Assembly (NCBI GenBank): GCA_013416795.1
Contig: RQSC01001093.1
Span: forward strand, 1 to 5,492
DNA length: 5,492 nt
Origin: Prasinococcaceae sp. CCMP 1430
Taxonomy: Eukaryota; Plantae; Prasinodermophyta
Direction: 5' to 3'
The notes under the pieces were generated by a model. The model was not told the DNA's origin. It saw only the letters and a program-made list of their open reading frames with translations, and did not search any database. Shown in pieces: positions 1 to 5,492 of this stretch. Both the position numbers and the translations under genes were made by a program. The stretch's first letter is position 1; the number at the start of each line of letters is the position of its first letter.

Positions 1-49
1 CGCGGCGCTGGCCCCCCGGGGGCGGCCCCACGCTGCCAGCCCCGGCGCG

Positions 50-59
50 CCCGCCATGG
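50..59 (+). promoter_or_regulatory. Kozak-type translation initiation context
   Basis: CCCGCCATGG, with a purine at -3 and G at +4 around ATG 56. Confidence 0.6.
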
Positions 60-1048
60 GTGGGGAGACGCTCGCACAGCGGCGCGAGCGGCTGCTGCGC
101 GAGCGCGCCGTCGCAGCGAACACGAACGCCAACGCCAACGCCAACGCCACCGAGGGAGCCTCCGCGAACGCGACCGCCACTAAAGGACGAAGAGGGGGTG
201 GACTGGCCGCGCGTGCTGGCGCGAGGCCCGCCGCAGGCACGAAGGCTGCCGCGAAACGCAAGCGGGCACCTGCCGGCGCGGGCCGCACTCCAGCCGGCGG
301 CCCGCGCAAGCCGCGGAAGTCGGCGGCATCGTGCGTATCCGCCAGGCGCCCGCGATCGCAGGCGCCGGGCGCAGCGGGCGCGCCCGCGCCTCCCGCCGTG
401 CTCCGGAGGCGCACGCACGGCCCGTTCGCACCGGACCTACCGCACGAGGCGCTCTGCGCCATCCTGCGCCATGCGTGCGGGAACCACGGCGGCATCGTCG
501 CCGGTGGGGCGTCGGCGCGCTCGGAGGCGCCCGTCACACCAGGCGGTGCGCACGGGGAAGAGGGCTGCCGCCTGGCCACCGCCGCCCCGACGCGCCCCGC
601 CGAGGACGGCGACGGGCGCGGCGGCACAGCGCTGCCGACTGCAGCCTACTTTGCGTGCGTCTGCCGTGCGTGGCGTCGAGCGGCCGCAGAGGAGAGCGGC
701 GCCTGGCGATGGGTGTCGCTTCGCTACGGCTGGTGCCGGCCGACCGACCGCGTCGTGGGCACACTGCTGGCCTCGGGCCGCTGGCGGCACACGGAGGCGC
801 TGGCGGTGGGTGGACACCGCGAGGGGGCGCTGACAGACGCCACGCTGCGCCTTCTGCCAGCGAGCTGCCCGGCCCTTCGCTCGCTCGCGGTCGGGCCGTG
901 CGTCGGCTGCACGATCGAGGCGCTGGCGGGCACGATCGAGGAGCTACCGGCACTTGCCGACCTCGAGCTGGGCGAGGTGAAGCTGGGCGCCACCAAGCGG
1001 TGCGCAGCACGCTTGAACAACGCCACCGAGATGAGGGCGCTACTGCCG
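56..1048 (+). CDS. F-box/leucine-rich-repeat protein (FBXL6-like), first exon; C-terminus uncertain (the unspliced ORF runs to TAG at 1189)
   Basis: ATG in a strong context (CCCGCCATGG). A low-complexity basic N-terminus is followed by an F-box motif (PDLPHEALCAILRHA ... ALPTAAYFACVCRAWRRAAAEESGAWRWVSL) and cysteine-containing LRR-like units (LTDATLRLLPASCPALRSLAVGPCVGCTIEAL; ELPALADLELGEV). Protein-like sequence stops at a phase-0 GTGCGT donor at 1049. The FBXL6 resemblance is from recalled motif similarity, not a search. Confidence 0.8.
125..148 (+). repeat. Coding hexanucleotide tandem repeat (AACGCC)x4 encoding NANANANA
   Basis: Four perfect AACGCC units, preceded by the degenerate unit AACACG. 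Confidence 0.95.
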
Positions 1049-1129
1049 GTGCGTGGGTTGCGGAGCCTCCATCCTTGGGGCGCTGCGCGCGCGCCATCGG
1101 CCCGGGCGCGCGCGCGGGAGGGCGCGCAG
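1049..1129 (+). other. Probable spliceosomal intron of the F-box gene (donor well supported, acceptor tentative)
   Basis: CCG|GTGCGT donor at 1049, a (GC)n-rich non-coding-like body, and a candidate acceptor GCGCGCAG ending at 1129 (81 nt, frame preserving). There is no CTGAC branch point inside. Confidence 0.5.
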
Positions 1130-4100
1130 ACAACGCTTGCTCGAGCTCGATCCGGATTCGTTTCTGCTCACTTTCGGCCGCCTTCTTAGCAGCGCACGCC
1201 TGCGCCAGTGAGCACTGCAAGCCGTCCTCTGCGGCCTGCATGCGAGTGAGCTCATCTTGCGCCCTTCGTTTTTCAGCCTCAGCTCTTTCCTTGGTCACCT
1301 CAGTACGTTTGAGCTCGCCCTTCGCACGAGCGAGTTCCTCCTCGATCCCATGGGCACGCGCGCGCACGTCATTGAGTTCGACAGAGAGCTCCGTCGCTCG
1401 CTCAGAGCCCTGCCGAGCTTCAACTTCGGCATCCTCCAGCTGACCGTTTAGACGCGCCACTTCGCCGCGCAGCTGCGCCTCGGCGGCGGCACTTTCGCAC
1501 CAACTAGCAGCTTCTGCGAGAGTGTCAGCAGCCGTGACCCTCGCATCATCTGCAGCCTGTCTCGCTGACTCCAGTTGCTGGGAGAGCTCGTCAGCCTCCA
1601 CACGTGCATCGCTGGCCGCTGCGGTGGCGGCAGTCAACTTCGAGCGAAGGTCAAGCACCTCCGCGTCCGAGCAGTCCAGCGCAGCGAGGGCCTCCGCCAC
1701 CTCCACCTTGGCAGCGCGGAGGGACGCTTCAGCCTCTGCGCTCGCACGCATGTCCTGTGCTATCGCTTCTTTCAGCTGAACTCGGAGACTTTCCACCTCG
1801 TCCTCAGATGCTTGTAGCATAGCTCCGAGCCTTTCCACCTCAGCACGCGCGCCAGCCAGGGCACTCTCGTACTCGGTAGCACGAGCATCCGCCGCCGCCT
1901 CACTCGCCTTCGTCGCCTCGAGCTCAGCCGCCGCTTCTTGGAGAGTCACAGACGCCTTTCGCCTCTCAGCCTCTGTCGCCTCAGCCACTGCATGCTCCGT
2001 CGCCGCGATCCGCTGGGCGCTCAGAGCCGCCGCCGCCGTCGTTGCTTCGTTCACAGCCTTCTCAAGGTCAGCGCGCTCTGCCTGTAGCCGCACGACCTCC
2101 GCCCGCGCCACCGCAAGCTCCTGTACTAGCTGCGCAACGCTCCCGTTCGATGGGCCCCCATCGTACGCCACCGCGACGGATTCAGGGGGCGCACCCACAG
2201 TGCTGGCGGTTGCGAGCTTTTCCCGGGCGCTCAGTACATCGAGGCGCTGTTGCAGCTCATCAGCTCGGCCCTCGGCTGCCTTCGCTTGCTCCGCAGCGAT
2301 ACCGGCGCGCACCTGAAGCCCCTTTGCGTTGGACTCGGCTTCCAGTCGAGCACGCTCGTGCGCGTGGGCTTGCTCCTCGACGGATTCAATGTGGGCCTCA
2401 GCCTGCCTAGCACGCGCCTCGGCCTCCTGGAGTCGCGCCTCCAGGACATCCATCGCGTCTTGGACGTGCTCAAGCGTCGTCTCGGTGCGCGCACCATCTG
2501 CCTCCACGCCAGAAGTGACCGCGTCCTGTGCGCGCTCCGCACGCGCAGCCGCGAGTTCAGCGGCTTCTGCATGGCGCTGCGCCGTAAGGGCCGCTTCCTT
2601 CTCCCTGTCTAGAGCATCCTGCGCAAGTGTAAGCGTCAACTCGAGCTCATCACGCTGGCGTTCCGCGGAAGCCAGCCTCGCGCGCATCTTCTCGATAGCG
2701 GCCTTTTGCTTGGAGGCCCCCTCCTTAGCAGCGCTGCGGTGCTTGGTGACGACCTCAGCGAGCCTGGCCTTGAACTCCGCCTCCATGCTGTCACGAACGG
2801 CTCGCGACTCCTCATGCTGGAGCTCGACAAAGTCGTGCGTAAGTGCTCGCCGCTTTTGAGACAGCTCGCGACGCTGCTCGAGCTCGCGCGAAAGTCTTGG
2901 CGTGATCACCTCGTCTGCACGACGGGCACCGCCATCGCCTGAGTCCACTGCCCCCGACGCATAGAGGCGTGCGTCTTCCTCGATCACTGCCGCACGGTCG
3001 AGTGCGGCTTCGAGCTTGGCACGTAGATCTTGTATCTCGGCGAAAGCGGCGCCTTCCCGCTCACTTGACGCCGTCTTGTCAGCCTGGCGCCTCCTGCGGA
3101 TGCGCTCGGTAGCCGCAGCAGCGGCGCGGGCCTCATTTATGGCAGCTTCCCGCCCGCGCTCAGCGCGCATGCATTTCTCCAGCGCAGAGGCGGCGGCCTC
3201 CTCAGCGGCCTCGACCTGGCGCCGCGCCGTAGCAAGGCGCTCCTCCGCCTCGGTTGCTCTCCGCAATGCCTCGTCCTCGCCAGCCGTTGCAATGCGCAGC
3301 TTCCTCACGGATGCTGCCGCCGCGGATTCAGCCTTGGCAACTCGGTCGAGAGCATCTCCCTGCATACTCCGAAGATCGCATCCATGCACGCGCACAACCT
3401 CGGCCTCGGCGTCCGCAGCACGCGCCCGAGCCTTGTTCTCTTCCTCCTTGCACGTGCGAGCCTCCTGCCGAGCGCGGGAAAGATCCTGCTCAAGCTTTGC
3501 CAGCCGCGCTTCGGCGCTCTCGTTTGCCATTCGCAGGCTGTGCACTTCCTCCTTTGCAGTTGCCAGCCCTTTCTCCGCCGCTTGCAGTCGCATGATCGCC
3601 TCGCTCTCGTTCTGCCTCAGCCCGGCCATCTTGTCGTGCGCAGCGCCAAGAACGGCCTCGGCCGTCTCAAGCTTAGAGTGGGACGCAAACCCGACAGCGC
3701 GAAGGGCGGCGAGCTCTGTCTGAGCGACATGGAGTTGCGATTGCATGCCCTCCGCGCACGCCACGGCCTCCGCTGCCCGTCTGTCGGCTGTCTTCTGCAG
3801 TTGCACGGCCAGATCGCGGTCGCGAACAGCGTCGACTGCTTCCACTTTCGCAGCCGCAAGTGCATTCTCGGTATCGGCCACGGCCTGAGCCGCGTGCTTG
3901 TCCCGCACCGCCGACGAAACCATGGCAAATGCGGTGACACGCGCGGACACTTCGAGGCTATCGGCCTTCATTCGTTGATGACAGGCCTCAAGCTCAGCAC
4001 GGAGCGCCGATGTGTCGTCCACGCTAGCGCGAAGACTGTCTCGCTCAGCGATGCAGGCTCGTAGTTCGGCCTCTTTCCTCGCCATGGCCGATTCGACGCG

Positions 4101-5132
4101 AGCGGAAGCAGTCGCGCGCTCCTCTGCGAACTCGGCCTTTTGTAGCGCGAGCTCAGAGGCGTGCGTGCGGCGTAGTGAAGCGACCTCGGCGAGTGCAGCT
4201 GCAACGTCCGCGCGTGCCTCTGCCACCACGACATCTGCATCGATCACGGCCGACGCCTCCTCTGTTGGTGTCGTCAAAACAGGCATGGGTAGCGCGTCCA
4301 CAGCAACGTCACATGTCGACGGCGCACACGCCGATTCCTTTGCATCGGATGTCTGCACGGAGGCGTTGACTTGAGAGAGCTCGTGGTCGGGTACCAGCGC
4401 TCGCCGCCCCTCCACAAGCGGCCATGCGTCAAGAGCAACGTCTACGCACGTCGCCGGCGTCTGATCGGGTCCGCTTTCGTGCGACAACGCTGCGCTGAGG
4501 CGTTCGTGTTCCATGTGCATGGTCGCTATCATCCGGTCGAGCCCCACGATCGTCTCACGCTGTTCCGCCTCCTTGGCGCGCAGGTGCGTGAGTGACGCAT
4601 CAGCGGCGTCAATCTCGGCCTGCAGCGAGTCGAGCGCGGCCTCCGAAGAAGCCTCTGACGTGACAGGGGATTGAGGCCCACGCGCGCTGCATTCTACACC
4701 CCCTGTCGTCGCTCCTGTCATGCAGGGGTCGTCCACGTCACACTGCGAGCACGCATCCGCTGAACGAACGGGGTCTGTGCCCGTGCACGCATCACGCCCT
4801 CGTGCATCCACTAGATCCTGTTCAACACAATCTTCGGGTGCAAGGGCGGACGTGCTGACCACACCACGCTCGTGCGCTCCAAGCCGCCGCAGAGCAGTGC
4901 ACTCGTCGAGAAGTCTCGAGCGCGTGCTGTGCAAGTCCCTCACCTCGCTCGTCACCGCATCGCGCTCGGCCTGGGCCGCTCGTAGCTGTCGATCGGCATC
5001 GGCGAGCTCCGCGCGTGCCATCGCCGCGGACACCTCGGTCGACAGCACCTCGCCGCCCGAATCAGCGGCAAGGTCAGCATCCTCGGAGTCTTCAATCGCA
5101 GCACCCGACACGGACGCCTCGACTACCGTGTC
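1128..5132 (-). CDS. Large alpha-helical coiled-coil protein of unknown function, partial (5' end cut at the N, 3' end unresolved)
   Basis: About 1335 uninterrupted codons from DTVVEAS... to ...RIRIELEQALS. It is rich in A/E/R/L/Q with extended heptad-like patterns (e.g. EVARLNGQLEDAEVEARQGSERATELSVELNDVRARAHGIEEELARAKGELKR), broken by Pro/Gly/Ser linkers. I recognise no catalytic or motor domain. Confidence 0.88.
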
Positions 5133-5134
5133 AT

Positions 5135-5135
5135 N
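5135..5135. other. Single N, probable scaffold gap or contig join
   Basis: The left side is mid-CDS on the - strand and the right side is mid-intron of an unrelated + strand gene. Composition changes abruptly at this point. Confidence 0.85.
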
Positions 5136-5204
5136 CGCCGCGCGCTGCTGACGCGCCGCCGCGCGGCCGCGTGCCGGCCGCGCGCGCTCGTCCGTCGCCC
5201 CCAG
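5136..5204 (+). other. 3' part of an alpha-SNAP intron with branch point GCTGAC (5147-5152) and acceptor CCCCCAG
   Basis: CTGAC consensus with branch A at 5151. A pyrimidine-rich stretch, CTCGTCCGTCGCCCCCAG, ends at 5204 immediately before the alpha-SNAP-like codons. Confidence 0.8.
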
Positions 5205-5378
5205 GTGTCGGTGGAGGACTCGGTGCGCTGCCTGGAGCAGGCGATCGCGTACTTCACCGAGAGCGGCAAGCTGTCCATGGCGGCGAGGCACAACAAGGAG
5301 ATCGCCGAGATGTACGAGTCGGGGGGCGAGAAGGAGAACGCGCTCGAGTACTACGGCCGCGCGGCCGAGCTGTACGAG
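5205..5378 (+). CDS. NAPA: Alpha-soluble NSF attachment protein (alpha-SNAP/Sec17), internal exon
   Basis: Translates to VSVEDSVRCLEQAIAYFTESGKLSMAARHNKEIAEMYESGGEKENALEYYGRAAELYE (58 aa). This matches the alpha-SNAP pattern A/SxxCLExAxxxF/YxxxGR/KxxxAAR/KxxxxIAExYE...AxxxY/FxxAAxxY/F. It is bounded by CAG| and |GTTTGT, both phase 0, and all 58 codons end in G or C. Confidence 0.93.
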
Positions 5379-5386
5379 GTTTGTTT

Positions 5387-5418
5387 GTGTTGTTTTTTGG
5401 TGTTGTTTTTTGGTGTTG
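5387..5418 (+). repeat. 13-bp tandem repeat GTGTTGTTTTTTG (about 2.5 copies) in a G/T-only tract
   Basis: Exact copies at 5387-5399 and 5400-5412, then a partial GTGTTG. Confidence 0.9.
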
Positions 5419-5473
5419 TGTTGTGTGCGGCGCCGCCTGCGCGAGCGCGGCGTATGTGGTCGCGTCGCGAGCG

Positions 5474-5492
5474 CCCCCCCCCCCCCCCCCCC
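5474..5492 (+). repeat. Poly-C homopolymer at the window end
   Basis: 19 consecutive C, typical of a contig break. Confidence 0.9.

Larger units (their letters stand above)
5379..5492 (+). other. 5' part of the next alpha-SNAP intron (runs off the window)
   Basis: GAG|GTTTGT donor followed by a G/T-only tract, GC-rich low-complexity sequence and poly-C. Confidence 0.8.

Noticed and set aside
1083-1171. A - strand intron (GTGAGC at 1171 to GCGCAG at 1083) rescuing the end of the coiled-coil gene
   Set aside because: It removes good heptad sequence, has no branch point, and splices into another long antisense frame of the F-box gene.
60-1443. Alternative-frame ORFs 60-833, 331-1443, 180-431, 437-817, 724-1026
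   Set aside because: Arg/Pro/Ala-rich shadow ORFs expected in very high-GC DNA, overlapping the better supported F-box frame.
1128-5132. SMC, myosin, kinesin or phage tape-measure identity for the coiled-coil protein
   Set aside because: No Walker A/B, hinge or motor motifs are visible and there is no viral context. The similarity would be compositional only.
5123-5134. ATG on the - strand right next to the N as the start of the coiled-coil gene
   Set aside because: It is out of frame and reads ATG ACA CGG TAG, stopping after three codons.
1257-5151. Many + strand ORFs (e.g. 2329-2859, 3016-3723, 3384-4064, 4720-5151) and short off-frame - strand ORFs
   Set aside because: Ser/Ala/Arg- or Leu-rich antisense and frame shadows of the coiled-coil CDS, with no independent motifs.
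534-5291. The 1585-aa - strand ORF as a single protein
   Set aside because: Its first 52 or so residues are the antisense of the alpha-SNAP exon and intron and cross an N. Its last 200 or so residues are Arg/Pro-rich antisense of the F-box gene. Only about 5132-1128 looks coding.
1-5492. Prokaryotic defence system, CRISPR array, transposon or telomeric repeat
   Set aside because: The DNA is eukaryotic with introns. I saw no repeat-spacer array, transposase or RT motifs, terminal repeats or TTTAGGG-type arrays.

Overview
High-GC eukaryotic genomic DNA with spliceosomal intron signals (GTGCGT donor, GCTGAC branch point, CAG acceptors). This style suggests a prasinophyte-like green alga, which is an inference. 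Three partial genes are present. (1) A + strand F-box/LRR gene, FBXL6-like, from ATG 56 to a probable donor at 1049. (2) A - strand, intron-free coding stretch of about 1335 codons (5132 to about 1128) for a very long Ala/Glu/Arg-rich coiled-coil protein, with neither a credible start nor a credible stop in the window. (3) After a single N at 5135, a 174-nt internal + strand exon of alpha-SNAP (Sec17/NAPA) that the ORF track missed. The 1585-aa ORF in the track is a composite of antisense alpha-SNAP, the real coiled-coil CDS and antisense F-box sequence. I found no mobile element, CRISPR array or RNA gene, and cannot support a new multi-gene system. The best leads are the head-on collision of two genes near 1130, a cluster of LC8-type motifs in the coiled-coil protein, and GC hairpins just upstream of the splice acceptors.
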